64,000 nucleotides of DNA, from contig CP145412.1 of NCBI GenBank assembly GCA_036867785.1, positions 992,001-1,056,000 of the forward strand, written 5' to 3'. The notes under the pieces were generated by a model, which was given only the letters and a program-made list of their open reading frames with translations, was not told the origin of the DNA and did not search any database. Made by a program: the position numbers and the translations under genes. How positions within the stretch are numbered: position 1 is the first letter of the stretch; each line of letters begins with the position of its first letter. Source of the stretch: Plasmodiophora brassicae (Eukaryota). Below, one piece after another: positions 33,919 through 48,418 of the stretch.

Positions 33919-34224
33919 ATGTCGGTGCCTGGCGCCGTTCCGGATTGGTCCTCGTTCGAAACCTCAGCAGACATAACAGAGCTGCTCCAGCAGCCAAAGG
34001 ACATGCTTCGAGTTCCAACGCTCATGCGGACGACGATCGCTCGACGGTCAAGGCGGGCTAGCGACACAGCGACGATCCTTGACAAGGACGAGGACGTCTC
34101 CGAGAGCGACGATACTCCTGCAGAAACCCTCGTTGCCGTGCTGCCTAAAACACAATCAGAGGCCGCCTTTCAAAAGTGGCGAGCCGGAATGTACGAACAG
34201 ATCGCCGAGCAGTACAGTAAATGA
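33919..34224 (+). CDS. Small hypothetical protein
   Basis: About 100-aa ORF with a protein-like composition, ending AAFQKWRAGMYEQIAEQYSK*. Confidence 0.5.
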   Translation: MSVPGAVPDWSSFETSADITELLQQPKDMLRVPTLMRTTIARRSRRASDTATILDKDEDVSESDDTPAETLVAVLPKTQSEAAFQKWRAGMYEQIAEQYSK

Positions 34225-34243
34225 CAGTCCTTCCACGTCAGGT

Positions 34244-35546
34244 TTACTGAGCGCGATCTGATTCAACTAATCGAACTGGGTGGATCGTCTTATCCCGTTC
34301 ACACGCTTCCGTCGAGGGCCAGCCAACTCCAACGACTTGTAGCATCTGCCACTGTTGTCGACGATCGAGTCCAGTTGCCGACAACCGTAGCGGCCGCGTT
34401 ATGGCGCGATCCGACGCGGGGTCGAGAAGAAGCAGAGACCGCTGGCCCGATCGCTCACGTGCGATCCCGATGATAGTCTGGGAGTGCCCTTGATGTTGAA
34501 GGTACAATGGGGCCACCTCCGAAACGGACACTGTTCCATCGTCGGGCAAACCGCCGAAGTGCTCTTCAACGAAGTCGAAGATGAGGCGAGCTGATCGAGG
34601 GTAAGGAACATCCACGCAATTGCATCGGACGCCTAGACTTCGAAGCAGGGCCACGACTTCCGTGGTCCCAATCCACTTGTCCGTTCCGACAAGACGATGC
34701 TGCAGTTGTTCTGCACCATCGACGTCGAACCCGGCTGCCCAGGCTTCCTCAATCAATGTTTGTAGGCGAAGGACGGAGGGAATGCGATCGAGACGGGCGA
34801 CGATGTACGCGTGGAACGACGGGGACCCGAACATACCGGACAACAGCATCTGGGCGTTTCGGTACCCACAAAGCTGGCCTCGTCCGGCAACCAATGCTGT
34901 CGTTCTAGAGCACAGCACCGCGGCGACACCTTCTCGGTGAAGACTTTCCGCAACCCTGGGGACGATTCCTGTACCGAACCCTCATTTAGCTGACTATTAG
35001 AGTGATACCCATGGTGTCGCAGCTGTACCACGCGATACTCGTGCCATATAACCCAGATCTCCCGACATGAACTCGTCCGCGCTAACAGATGGAGGAGTCT
35101 GCGTACTGGAGATTAGGGACTTGAGCCAAGCCAGGAGTAACGCAGACGAACCTCAGCGTGGGATGTCCTCATGTGCTCGTCGAGGGTGCCACCAGGCATC
35201 GATTCGCCGCATACGGAACACGATAAAGGACCATGTGGCGGTCCCTGATAACGGTTCAGCTGACCGCAGCAGTGCCCTAGCAACGTAACGTACGCTGACG
35301 TCGCCGTCGAGGTGCGCGTGGATATGGTCGTTAAGCTGAGATGCGGGAATGGTCTCATTGCAAACTGGGCATGTGTCCTCGTGAATAACGACCTGTAAGA
35401 GGGTTGCTAGTCAGAGACCGCCGGAAACAGTAATGCAAACCACGCACGTCTGAGCCCGATGGAAAATGCGAATTGACGTGAGCGTTCAAGTCGGTGCCAC
35501 TGTCGACAATTCTGTTGCACACAGGGCATTGCCGATCGTCGGTCAT
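34244..35546 (-). CDS. ZUP1: ZUP1/ZUFSP (Mug105)-family deubiquitinase, peptidase C78, with N-terminal zinc fingers
   Basis: CGYRNAQMLLS, IEEAWAAGFD, LVGTDKWIGTTEV, PLYLQHQGHSQTIIG, LLLDP. UBZ-like CPVC...HVNSH and CSVC...HMRTSH. Confidence 0.88.
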
Positions 35547-35929
35547 GACAGCGTGGGTGGGCGATGCAACCAGGGCTACCAAGATGTGGTATACTGCCAG
35601 GCCGGCCAACAGTCCGACACCATCCGCACGCAATTCCGCGCACTGCCCACCTTCGTCGCAGTCTGGTGAAGCCGAATTTCTCGACTACCATTCGTTGTTA
35701 CCCGTTCCATCTCCAGCGCGCTGACGCCACTTCCATTATCGCCAGCGCTGCTACCGGCTTCGAGGACTCTTGCATCTGCTCGGATCGTTGCGTGAGCTCG
35801 ATGACCGGCATACCACTGCGGGTCGAAGGTGAAACGCGGCGCAGGCGCATATCGAGGGCCGTCTCGACAGAGAGGTGCAGGAAGCAGTCGCGATCGGGGG
35901 ATTGCAAGCCCGCCGGGCGCCACCCTGCG

Positions 35930-37470
35930 GCATGTACTGTCTGCGAGCATTGCAAAGAGGACGCTGGCTCCCATGTCGCATGTGACAGTTCGGTTTACGT
36001 GAGCACTCGCTAAGTGGACGGCAGACGCTTGATGATGTGCAACGAACACACTTTATAGGCCGAGATTAGACAGGCGTTGTGTCCTATATCCAGAAGCTCA
36101 CAACTACCATCAGGCCGGCCCCGAACACCTCAGGGAGGACTTTCGTGAAAGCCCATCCGAGCCCTCAAACCCAGATTCAATCGAAAATCATCAGCGATAC
36201 GCAACAGGCTGCTTACTGGAGCACGTCTTGTCTTGTAGATGCATCATCCCGACCTGCCGTACACGTTCACATGGCCACATCAAGAGCGCACATACGCCTA
36301 CGTACATAGAGGAAACTTCCCGCTGATATCGCTTCTAGAACGCTTTGAACAAGTAAGCTTGAACTGCTTGAGATGACGGCCTTCGCCGTCACAGCAGCAA
36401 TCGCGCCGACCGGCGTCATCAATCCGTACACAATCAGAGCTACGATCGTTGATCGAGATGGCACGGCTTCGGCGAAGTTGAACGCGACGGCGAAGCTCTC
36501 TACACCTACCAAGAGAGAGAGAGAGAGCATGTTCATAGACGAGGCAATGCGATGGTGTGCACTGGCCACCTTTGTGAGCAATGATAACAACGGCGAGAAT
36601 GATAGTGGACCGAACTGTGGTGGTCATGCCCAGTGCGGCACCGGTGACGGCCGCGTGAACACTGAGCAGGCAGCAGACCACCCACGATAGGGCACCCGAT
36701 CCCCCAACCTGAATATGGTGATGGTGCACACCATGCCCATGCAGGATGCTATCAGCAGTCGCAGCGGGATCGACATGGACATGCTCGTCCGGGCAATGTG
36801 ACGCGTGCTGGGAACGTTCCGCGTGCACAGATTCATGGCGGCTATTCTGCCCTGATAACAGCGCGGCAGACATCGTCTCGCCTCGATCTACATAGGCCTA
36901 TCAACCATGCTGAACAGGCGGACGAACGCGTGGATGAAAACGAAAACGTAGTCGGATACCTGCTTGGGGACATAGACAAGCTGGGCGTCCTTCTCGAAAG
37001 CGGCTCTGACATAATCTTGCGAGTTGGGCAGCGCCATGGATTCCACCAGGTCGGCAAAGATGACGCCCGTCGCAACCAACAGCATAACCTGTGCAAACGC
37101 ATGATTATTGAACGGGAGCCTGTGCTGGCCCATGATCGAGCCAACTTTCGACAGGGCCAGGTTCTCGCAGGCGTCAGGTAGCAGATCTGCAATTACGGTT
37201 TGGAGGGCACAGCAGGAACAATAACGCCAGACCTACGAAGCAGCGCGGCAGTTACGAATACGCCACCGGCCAGACTATGTGATATGGCGAGGACGGCCTG
37301 TGACCCATGCCGCCCGGCGGCGCGTCTCTTCAGCCAATACGGTAGGCACGCGCCGGCGAGCGTCACGGCGACGATGGCCTGCGCTGACATCAGAGATTCC
37401 CGGGGCACCGTGCCAACAACGCGGGGGGTCGTACAGCCAGTGCCCAAACCTTGTACGCGAGAACGTCCAT
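35930..37470 (-). CDS. ZIP (Zrt/Irt) zinc transporter; 3' end uncertain
   Basis: SLAGGVFVTAALL, His-rich loop HGHGVHHHH, LSVHAAVTGAALG, IIAHK/ESFAV, LMTPVG, AISAGSFLYV. Confidence 0.8.
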
Positions 37471-37850
37471 AACGAGCGGCGGCGGCAGCGGTGAGCGCCG
37501 TTCGACCCCGTCACGTCGTCCAGGATGGCCCCGCGTACCTAACACGAAATCCCCGGCCCCCCGAAAACGACCACACGATACGGACGAAGGTACGGCGCAT
37601 TCGGCATTGATCGCATCGAAGCAAGTCAGGTTCACCAATCAAGCTGGATGTCCTGGCGGTGAGTTGCGGCTCCGCTCGCCTGTCATCCGGCACTGTTTAT
37701 GCTGCATATCTGTTGCTGGACGGTCTGCCACAGGCACGGCGACGTGGCGCGATGATGCGTGTGGGTGTCCCTTGTCACTGAGAAGGGCAGTCGTTGCGGT
37801 CAGCGACTGTGGAGGACACAGCGCGTCTGTCGCCGGCCGTCGTTCATGTG

Positions 37851-39818
37851 ATGACCACGCACGCGTTAGCATTCATCGCGCTCGTGATTGTTGCCGAGCA
37901 CCAGGTTGCCTGTGGCGTGGCGCCGAATACTGCCGAGTTACAGGCGTGGGCGTTCTCCTTGATGGAGCGCGGGTTCGTCAGCGAATCAGTGCGCGCGTTC
38001 CACACGATCGTCGACACGTTCGGCACGGCGGATCCTGGCGTCTGGCACGCATGGTGCAACTACGCGGCCGCGGCCATCTTCAAACTCGACCTGGAATCGC
38101 GGTTCCCCGGCGGCCTAGACGCCGTCCTCGACATCTGCATGCAGGCGGAGAGGCACGACCCCGGCCATCCTCGCACACATCAACTTCGCCAGGGTATCCA
38201 GCTTGAATTGCTTCTTCGTGAACTGCCGCCCGAGGCGCGCAGCATGTCGCCAGAGGTCGCTGCAACCGTTGCCGGTCCCCGTTCGTGGCATACCTTGACG
38301 ATGACGTCGTCCACAGGACATCGTGCGGGCGGCGGTCGACAGGGTACGCGCGTTGCAAGACGTCCATGACTACGATGGCGCGTGGCGCCTGATCTCGACG
38401 GTGCTGACCATAACGACCTCGGCGGACCTGCTCCAGGTTGCCACTGGGATTCGCGTGGAGGCGTACCCAAACGACGATCTGGCATGGGACCTGCGACGAC
38501 AAACGATCCTGGCGCGTGTGCAACGGTTTGGCGTGCATGAAGGCAGCTGTCCATCTGGCAGATGGCGGATCGCAATGCGCTGGAACGACACGAACGTGAT
38601 TCCTCAGCAGATAACGGTTGTCCCATCACGATTGCGCAAAGCGGTGCCGCCCGGATTCATTGGGGAATCATTTGAAGGGATCCCTTCAGAATGGACACCA
38701 AAGCAGGTTGCTATAGTGGAGACGCATGAGCAACTGTGGCTGTCAGGGACGACAATGACCGCGAACGTTGCATGTACTGTGTTTGTCGGATCCCACGACA
38801 CTCTTCAAGATCTCCATTCGTTCCCCGAGGTCGTTCTTGACAGCTCGAACGACTTTATTGTCGATGAGCATGTCGGCGTTGTTGTCCAGTTCTTCTATGC
38901 GAACTGGTACCACTTCGTGTGTGATGGTATGGCCCGGATCATGCTGTTTCGCCGACGGTACCCAGAGTTGAAGTTGCTGGTTCCACCCCGCGGCATACCT
39001 CATGTCGATCAGGTTCTTGAATTCTTCGACCTGGTCGAGGGCGTCAACTTGATTCACCTTCCAGAAGAGGCGCCCCGCCGCGTTGCATTAAAGCGCGGAG
39101 GCATATTCGTCGACTGGGTGATGGTGTCGAAACCGACAAGCATAATGGAGCCGTTCTTTCCGCCCGCTTCTGCCATCCGGGACGTCAGAAATTACACTTG
39201 TCATCGTTTCAAGTCGCCTCCTGCCAGGTTCCACCTCGCCGTGACACCTTACTCGGCGGAAGACTGATCGATTTCGACAGGAGTATCGTGTTTGTGGGCC
39301 GGAAGGGGTCGCGACGGATAGATAACGAGAACGAGGTCGTGGATGCTATGGTGCAACGGTTCGGCCCACGAGTCCAACTCCACGACGGGGACGCTATGCC
39401 TGTTCGGGAGCAGATCGAGATGTTCTCAAAGGCACGAATCATTATCGGAGCTCACGGCTCCGGACTGGTTAACATTGCCTTTGCACCCCCAACCGCTTGC
39501 CTAATTTCATTCCCGATCGTGCCCCACACGAAACTCTTCTTCGGTACAGTCCTCCATCATGTGCGTACAACTGGCAGCCTAATCGACTACTCAGAGAATC
39601 TATCGTCCTCGCTTGGTATTGCGCATGTAATATTGACTTCGGTCCCGCCAAGCTCCTGGCTCGGTGGATTTGGCAGGTTCCCGCCTGCCGTAATCAAGGA
39701 ACTCCTTGCTACGATAGACCTTGTCTTAGACTGGCAAACGTCACCGTCCAAGACGTGCCGGTTAACCGCCGACTATCTCATGCCTCCTACATGCCGTGAA
39801 GAGACCTACGTAGGGTAG
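37851..39818 (+). CDS. Glycosyltransferase family 61 (DUF563) with signal/anchor and TPR-like N-terminus
   Basis: NWYHFVCD, RRIDNENEV, PVREQIEMFSKARIIIGAHGSGLVNIAF. Confidence 0.85.
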
Positions 39819-40154
39819 GTATACGCGATTGTCCAGATAAAACACGGCGTCAAAGAAACGAACCTTAACCAGACCCCGCGTTACCGCGTCGCTGTGCTAG
39901 GCTCTGGTGCTCCCCGCAACAGAACGCATCCTGAACCACACATCAACGTTCGCGTGGGCATGTCGACGATGCCGCCTGCTACGTGTAACTTGTAGGTAGC
40001 TGAGCATGGTGAGTGAGTGGGTCGCCGAGCCGCAGCAGTGTGCAGTCGCCCAGTGGTCGGGGGTGGCTGAAGATCCTGCGGGGACCGTGGCCGCATGGCG
40101 GTGCGGGAAGGCGCGTCAGGTCGTCGGCGGGCGACGCCGGGCGACCGCGCGCCC

Positions 40155-43100
40155 ATGGACGACGACGGGGGCCACGGGCCGGAGGCGGACATGATGACCG
40201 CCGTCGTTCCTGATGATTCCAAGCCCGACCTGGGCGACGCGCCCGTCTTCGGTACGTATGACGACGGAGGCGGCGTTGGACTCTGTCGATCTGACTGGGG
40301 GGCCGTCTCCAGTCAGAGAGCACATATTTATTCCATTGCCGTCGAGGCACGTGCCCAAGGCTGGGCGAAGGTCGCCGATGCTACAGAAGCCGTAGCGTTT
40401 GTTTCTATACATACCTCATGTCCTTAGAGCGTAGACATGGCGTCGCCGGCCATCACTTCGTGTACGACGTGTCGCAATGCGGAAAGACCTTCTACTGGCC
40501 ACAGGGCACAGGCGATTGATCCTCGATTATAGCGCTGGGTACCGTTTAAGTTCACAATGCGGGCGTCGTTGTCAACCGTGAAGCTGGCGCAGACGAGTAC
40601 GCCGGCGACGGTGCCGGTCGTGGATGAGCGTGAGGCTCGCGTTCGCGATCACGTCGAGGTGTACGGCAGCGAGAAGTTCGACAACTTCGTGCGCTCGTGG
40701 CAGGTCGAGTTTGGCGTCAGCGCCTGGATCCGACGTGTTATCGACAGCAGCCACCTTCCATCGCTGCTGGATATTGTCGCTGCTCTTCTTGGTTTTGTCA
40801 GCACTGTCGTCTACATCATCTCTACCTATCCCGACTACAAAGGCGACCCGACACTGGGCACATTCGAGACCGCATTAACCTGTACGATCATTGTCGTCCC
40901 TATACCGTTGTGTTCACATTCCAAACCGCTGCCTTAGGGTACTTTGTCGCCGACTACGTCATTCGGCTGGTGACGGGTGGGTTTACCTATGCCAAGTCAT
41001 GGGTCGGCATCCTGGATTTGTTAACGATCCTGCCGCTGTTCGCGTCGCCAGACTTTACGTCAGACGGCTCGACGTCGGTGAACGGCGCCGCCGGCCTCTT
41101 CATTCGATTCGCCAGGAGCAACGTGATCGCGTTCCGAGTGATTCGGGCGATGCGCTTCCTACGAGTGTTACGCGCTCTGCGGTTCACCAAGTTCCATCGT
41201 GTCATCTCGCTTAGCGATAACAGCTCGTGGACTGCGACGATTGCCCTTATTCTGACGATCCTGTCGGTGATCACTATCGCCAGCGCCCTGTTCATGATTC
41301 TGGAGACTGACCTGGGCCCTGTCCCCGACGACAACCTCCTGTTCCATGACTCGTTCTACTTCATCGCCCTGACGTTAGCCACGATCGGGTTCGGTGACAT
41401 TGGTAAGGGACGGCGTATTCACGGGCGTATTGCATGATCTGACGCGTCATCCCATCCAGTTCCGGTTACTATCGGTGGCAAACTTCTGGTGGTCGTCATG
41501 ATGGCATTGGCAGTCGTCCTAATCCCCCTGCATTCCGCCAAGATCCTCGACCTGGCTAGCTCGATTAGGAAGACGGGTGGCGTGTACCACCCGCAGGCCG
41601 GCTTCTCGCACGTCGTCTGCGTCGTACCTGCTGACTATGCCGCCAAACAACTCCACGAGTTCCTTCTGTCGGTGGCATTCTTCATTCTTCCAGTCATCGT
41701 CCGCTGAAGTTGGACCTGTGGCAGGTGCCTATTGCATTCGAACTTCCGCGACCCATCTCAGCGCCTGCGTGTGGTGGTGATCAGTCAGAGCGAGACCTGT
41801 CAACTGTTCAAGCAAACGCTACGACACAGTTCGTATGCGTCCATGGTGCATTACATATCGGGGTCGGTGCACGAACCGGTCGACCTGGACCGGATCGCAT
41901 TGTCGTCGGCGAAGGCGGTATTCGTCCTGAGCCGGCGAACAATCGCGAACACGGCCGAGATGGACGCCAACGACGTCAACGCGTTCCTGGCGGCCATCTC
42001 CCTGAAGAACCATTCGCCAGCGATCCCGACCATGGTCCAGGTCAACCAGATTCGCAACCAGGCGCATGTCCTGTGTAAGACGCTGAAGAAGTTCCCGAAC
42101 ATGCAGTGCATCTGCATGAAGCAGAGGACGATGGCGTTGCTGGCCGGCAGTTGCATTGTGCCAGCGTTGCACACGCTCGTCTGCAACGTCCTGCAGTCGT
42201 TCGACGCCGAGGACGAGACGCGCTCGGACGCGAAGGACGGTGCTGGCACTGAGTGGTGGCGAGATTACAGCGAGGGCAGCCGGTTCCAGACGTTCCCGAC
42301 CGTCTGGGGCCACTATTTCCATGGGTGGACCTTCACTGAGGCCGTTGTCGAACTCGCTGCCAACTCCACGATCCTGCCGTTCGCCATGGGCGAACTGACC
42401 GCCGCGGGCAACGTGTCGGTCCAGTTGAACCCGGCCGATCGTGTCGTCCATGAAGGCGAGCTTGTGTTCGTGTTCGCCACCGACGTGCACCATGCGGCCA
42501 CCCTGCCACAGTTCACCAAGGACGCCTATGTGTCGCCCCATCGCGTCCGCGTTATGAAACGTCGACTGAGCGCATCGACACCTGGTCCAGGACCTGCCTG
42601 GGTAAGCAGATGTTCCCGTCCGTCTCTCATTACTGACCTTGCGTGTAACGCACCAGTCGCCACGAGCCTTGGGGCTGGTTAAGGAGACGTCTGCGCTCAG
42701 AGTGAAGCGCCCACTGAACGACGATCTGGGCGGCATCGAGTCGGCGCTGCGTATGCAGGATAGGGTGCTGTTGCCGATGGCGTTCCAGATGTCGCTGGTG
42801 GACTCGCCCGATAACGTCGCCGAGCGCATGGCGACGACGCCGAAGAACGTGTCGGTGCCCGTCATCGAATCGACGACATCCATGACCGGGCACATCATCG
42901 TCTGCGGCCACATCGACATGTCCGTTGTGGAATTCGTTCGCGCCTTGCGTACCAGGAACTTCCCACGCGTCACTCCTGTCGTCATCGTGCAGAGCACCGC
43001 CCTGCCTGCTGACGTTTCGGCAGCCGTCGGGATCTACGAACAGGTAAGCGCCCAGGGTGCCTTGCGTTTGAAACGTCCCTTATTGGCCCGTCTAGGTGTA

Positions 43101-44176
43101 CCAGCTGATCGGCAACCTGCAGAACATCGATGACCTCGATCGGATTCACGTTCGAGACGCGTGCGCCTGCGTGCTGATGGCGAACCCATTCCTGAAAGGC
43201 GTCGTCGAGCAGGATGACGAGCGGAGACAGGTCGTCCGTGCCGATTACGCTACTATCGTCAACACGCTGGCGCTGGAGAACGCCCTCGATCAGAGCATGG
43301 ACAGCTCTAACACAATCATCGAACTGCTGTACGAGACCAACCTCAGGTATCCATCGGCTGGTACACCAGCAAACCGCATATCTGACCGCAATGGTGTTTG
43401 TTTGCCCAGGTTCTTGCGGCCAGCGTTCACGAGGTCGGGGACGAACCCGATCGATGCTCTGTCGGCGCTGGAAGACAACGGGAAACGATTGCCGCCCCTG
43501 GCCGCGGCCGACGGCAAGATCTATAGCTCGGGCATGCTGGAATCAGTGACGGCGGGGTCCTTCTTCAACCCGCACCTGATCACGATCGTCGACGCGTTGA
43601 TCTATGGCACCGTTCGACGCGGTGCTGGCAGTCCAGATGTTAGGCAGTGTGTCGTGCTGATTCAGCTCCCGCCCGACCTTGCCGGCAAGCCGTACTTGAC
43701 CTTGCTGAAGTCGGTCCCCCAGTTCGCGTCCCTGGATGTCGCTAACTCGAATGCGCAGATTCATGGTGACGCGGCTATCGTTCCTGCCTGTGGGGCTGTT
43801 GCGATGCAAGACGGCGGGACCGTCTCCAGCTCCCATCCCATTCGTGTTCACCAACCCGCCGGCGAAGACCATTGTCCACGCGGACGATCTCGTCTACGTC
43901 ATCGCTGCCATCGAGAACATGCAACTGAAGTACCCGGATGCCTACACGGGTGAAACGGTTACGATTGTCACGTCGTTGTTCGAACTCGGCAAGGAGAGCC
44001 TGTCGTCCAAGGTGCACACGCTCCGGCCGCAATCACGCCAAGCGGATCAGTCGAACTGGATCCCCAGCCTCGTCAAGCGTACCGGCAGCGTCAAACGCAA
44101 CCTGGCCATCTCACCGAATGACGTCATCACGTACAAAGCCAGAGCAACCAGACGACAAGACAACGACAACCAGTAG
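40155..44176 (+). CDS. Calcium-activated BK/Slo-type potassium channel with RCK domains
   Basis: S4 FRVIRAMRFLRVLRALR, pore TLATIGFGDI, RCK motifs GHIIVCG and DLDRIHVRDACACV, and FVFTNPP. Confidence 0.9.
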
Positions 44177-44231
44177 TAAATTGGCGAACATCATTTCATA
44201 ACGCTGGGAAGCGAAGTCTGCTTGTACACGT

Positions 44232-46456
44232 TTACTTCTCGGATCGACGGACGTCGAACAGGTGAAGTCGGAACAGTTGGAGCAAGGAGAAGCAGACGCC
44301 GATGCCGCAATAGACCGATATTAGCATAAGCGGGAGGAACTGCATGGCTGGCAGGACGAGCGGCTGCACGTATGTCACCACCAGGACGGCAAGCAGACCG
44401 GCCACGTAGACGGCGTACGGCAGAGTCCATTCGGTAAGAGAAACATCGATACGACTGACAGACGCGGTACAGTAAGCAGACAGCGGTCGCTGAATAGAAG
44501 AGACTTACAATCTAGCAGCCCTGTGGGCAACGTTGGCAACCAGAAGTTGGTACGCGAGCGCAGAGTGGGCAAACACGAGGCAAACGCGAACGACGGCTTC
44601 CAATGGTTCATGGAGCAACGGCACGAGAGAGACATTGCCGACCAGATTCAGGAACGTGTACGTGCGCGCATGATCCACACTGTTCGTGGCAATTAGCCTG
44701 CGCAGACGTGACGGCCAGTCAGCTGGCCCGTACGTTAACGATGCGGGTCCGTTGCCAACCCAAGAGGTATCGTAACCATCAGGACCGCCTTCTCGTGAAC
44801 ATGCCAGCCGAACACGAACGAGCATAAGGTAACGTAGCAGAGAGCGGAGACGAATACGGATGGGCGTGGACACCGCCACACTATAAGGGTTCCGTCCGGT
44901 CAGGCTGCTCTGCCAGCAGAGCAGGAACATGTATTTACCGGATATCAAGGCTGGAACCATTGACGCGACGGTCAGGACGACAGTGGTCGTAGGACTAACT
45001 GCCGGGAGAACGATATGATGTATGTCGCCAATCAGACCCCGCGTGACGGATTGCATGCCGGAAGCATTAGGTTTGAGAGCAACTACAAGGTCCATGTGAG
45101 ATAAACCTCGTGCAGACGGCGGCATCGTCTCCATACATATCAGAGCGCGGTCGAGAGCATTGTAAAGGGACCAGAAATTCGGGGCCCAGTATGCGTGGGT
45201 CAGCCCTCTCTTCACCGGGAAGAGCCGACCGAGAACGGATGGGATCTGTTGCACGACGGCGAATGGCCCAAAGGACAGGCCAAATACCTAGCGCATGTCA
45301 TCTGACGCAGCGGACGGCAGTTGTAAAGCGACATACAACTATGACTGAAGCACCCAGCGAAGCGAAGTTCTGCAGTGAGAATCGCCTCCGTTTCGCATGC
45401 CTGTCAAGCGGGAAACAATAGTGACGCAACAGGTACACGAAGTACAGAGGGGCAACGTAGGCAACTGTAGAATTATTATCAGCATGCCGCCCCATAAAAC
45501 GACTTCGTCAAACCCACATATGTGCTTAAAGTTCAGCAGCATTGCGAACGTGATTCCGGCAGCAAGGTCGCGACCCTGTCGTGCACCAGACGTTACACGT
45601 GGTGACGTCACCAATAGGGCATCGTATTACCTTGACAATGAAGTACACTGAAAGAACCAAGATGCCAAGCAAGAACCCATTGTACTGGAAGTGGATATCT
45701 GCCAACGACGATGTCGGTAAGAAGAACTTTATGGACGCCTGTCGTAACGAACGGTCCACAATGATAAGACCCGCGTTTGTAATTGTCACAACCAGGACGA
45801 TGAATCTGTTCGACGGCGTACCGCTGTCGTTCTCCATTGAACGGCAATACCTGTTGAACCAGTCAAGGCCGGACCAGGAACCCAGGACGCTAATCCGCGA
45901 ACAGAGCAACGGCTACGATCAGCATGAAGTCGGTCACCACAACCGAAAGCCGCTGGAAAACGATGGTGAGAGGCGACGCATACGGTTCCGCCGAGATCAC
46001 GAGCATGGCAGGGTCGACCAGCCCCGCGAACTGAGCCAGAACGTACTCGAACCATGCAAAGAACGGCGGATAGTCCAACGTCCACTCGCTGGTGCTCTGC
46101 GAAACAGGTAAACGAGCTGGATCGGATGGCAACAGGACTACAACCTCTGTGTACCACTGGGAGATTGGCAGCGAACTCGTTATGGCCAGCCAGTTCCTGT
46201 GGACCTGGGCGCGCATCCCCAATGAGCTACATCGTACAGCGACGAACTGGCGAACGCTCTCCGCTGCTGACATCGAAATCCGTGCTACGACTGCATATCG
46301 GGACGGCTCAGCGATGCGCCGCGCATGACAACAACGACCTGCCACCCACTATGACGGCATGAGCAGGCATTTGAAGCACGTCAGCGCCAGGACGACCAGC
46401 CATGGCACCAGTCGCGTGCACTGCCACGCATCCGCATCGGCCGCCGCGCCGCCCAT
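44232..46456 (-). CDS. ALG8: Dolichyl-PP Glc1Man9GlcNAc2 alpha-1,3-glucosyltransferase
   Basis: [79 protein letters not shown]. Confidence 0.93.
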
Positions 46457-46637
46457 GCCCCCTCCGACGCGCGCACGCTCTTTCCAAATATGAACAATAC
46501 CGTCCCGGCATCGTGAACAAGCGCCGGCGACGCCCGACGCGTTCTCCGCCTCGCCCGACAGGTGACATGCCTAACTGGTTACCCGCGCGGTCGCCACTGT
46601 TTACTGAAACGTCGTCCCGAATTGCGTTTGCAGTCGC

Positions 46638-48322
46638 TCACTGCGCGTCGTCCGCCGCCGCCGGCTTCGTCTGCAGTGCTTTGACCTGTTTGGCGATTTC
46701 CTGTGCGGCCAGCACGAACTGCAGGACGTCGCCGTACAGGTTGCTCCCTTCCCTGACCTTGTCCATCGTGATGCCGTCGAGCAGTTCGCCCAGGTGCGCC
46801 AGGTCGAACGCGTCTGCGCCGGGGCCACTGGATGAGAGACGTCGCGGCGCGCACGTCACCGAACGCATGCACCCGTACCTGGTCGAGCGGGATCGCACGT
46901 CTTGATCAGGTCGAGGACCTTCTGGTCGACGACCTGGTGCGGCTGCTGGTGCTTGGGGACGAACACGCCGACAACCAGGAGCAGGGCCCTGAGGACGGCG
47001 GGTGGCCCCAGCGGGGTGCTCAGCGTCCGAATTGAGCGTAGCAGGTCAACGCCTTCCAGCAGTGCCGCCCTAGCCGCCAGGAACGCGATCCTCTGCAACG
47101 GCAACGGGTCGTTCGACGGCAGCTCCGCCCTCGCCTTCTGTTGCAATTGGTCCATTGCCTCGGGTGCACGCTTCGATGCCGCGTCGGTCGCCCGCCACTT
47201 CCGCTCTGCTTTGAAGGCGCGCACGTCAGCGTCCAGCAGCGCCTGGCGTAGGACTAAGACAAGTCGCTTCGCTTCAGCGACGTCGTGCTCTCGCAGTTCT
47301 CGAGCTTGGCCTATGTTGGCATCCGCCATCAGCGAACGCGCCCGTTCAGTCAGCGACCACCCCTACCGAGCGTATCAAAGGCGATGAGGTAGTTGACAGG
47401 AATACGAGGAGGTTCAGGCAGGGTAGGAGCAGGCTCCCCATCGTCGTCGCCATCGACTTTGGGCTTTGGCGGAGGAGCCTCGCCAGGCAGGACGAACTGG
47501 CCCTCGGGCAACGCCAACGCCGCCGCATGCAGGATCGATTCGTACTGAAGGTGGATTGCGCAGTATGACCCCACATCCTTCTTCCTGAAGAACTTGATCT
47601 TCTCGTAATTGTCTCCTGCACCGCTGGCAGCATGAGGCACCGGCAAAGCACACGACCACACGCGCGCGAGCTACCCAGAAGAGTGTTTGGCACAAGGAAG
47701 ACCTTGGGTTCGTACGGTTTCTCAACGGGCGGTGCACCGTCATCTGCTTGGGGTTCGGCGTCTTCAGCGGGTGCGCCTTGGTTGAACACGTCGAAGGTGA
47801 CGGCAGGTGGGTTCAGTGCCTGCCCGATCATGAATTCGTGGCCCGGACTGGCGCTGACGTATCGGATCCGTTTCGCTTCGTCCACGTCCTCGACAATGCC
47901 AACGTAGACGCCCGAAGGCTTCAGCAGCGCATGCATGGACGTCGAGAACAGGTCGAGGACGGCGCCGACGTGCGCCGCCCGTCGACTATCGTTAACGAAC
48001 TGGGATTCGACCGTCTGGTGGAACGCTGCCGCCGCCTGCTTGGTCTCCTGTGCCTGCCGAACCTGCTGACGGTGGACGTCGACCTCCGCCTGCCGGACCG
48101 TCAACCGCTCATCGTCGAAATACAACCGACCCGCACTACCTCCTGGACGGCCAGGAGGCGCTCGTGTTCCGCACGCTTCAACGCGGCCTGCTGGTTGGCG
48201 ACGTACTGGAGCAGGTACTGCGATAAGCAGTGCACAGGGTCCTCGGGGCCGTGCAGTATCACGCTCGCCAGGCCATCAGCGAGCACGCTGCCGACATTCT
48301 TCTTCAAGTACTCGCAATCCAT
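46638..48322 (-). CDS. Dpy-30 plus GAF-like domain protein, radial spoke RSP2/DYDC-like
   Basis: N-terminal Dpy-30 motif EYLKKNVGSVLADGLASVILHGPEDPVHCLSQYLLQY, a coiled coil, then a GAF-like segment (GVYVG...IRYVSAS...VTF...IAFDTLG). Confidence 0.6.
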
Positions 48323-48418
48323 CTGCCGTCAACGACCTCTCGCCCGACTTCCAACACTGCTATAGGGTACCCACACCCGATCGCCCAGATTCGAGTTGTA
48401 CATCAGTGCGCGTTCCAG

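Noticed and set aside
35576-36049. 157-aa minus-strand ORF as a separate gene
   Set aside because: No recognisable motif. It may partly be the last ZIP exon or UTR, so it cannot be supported.
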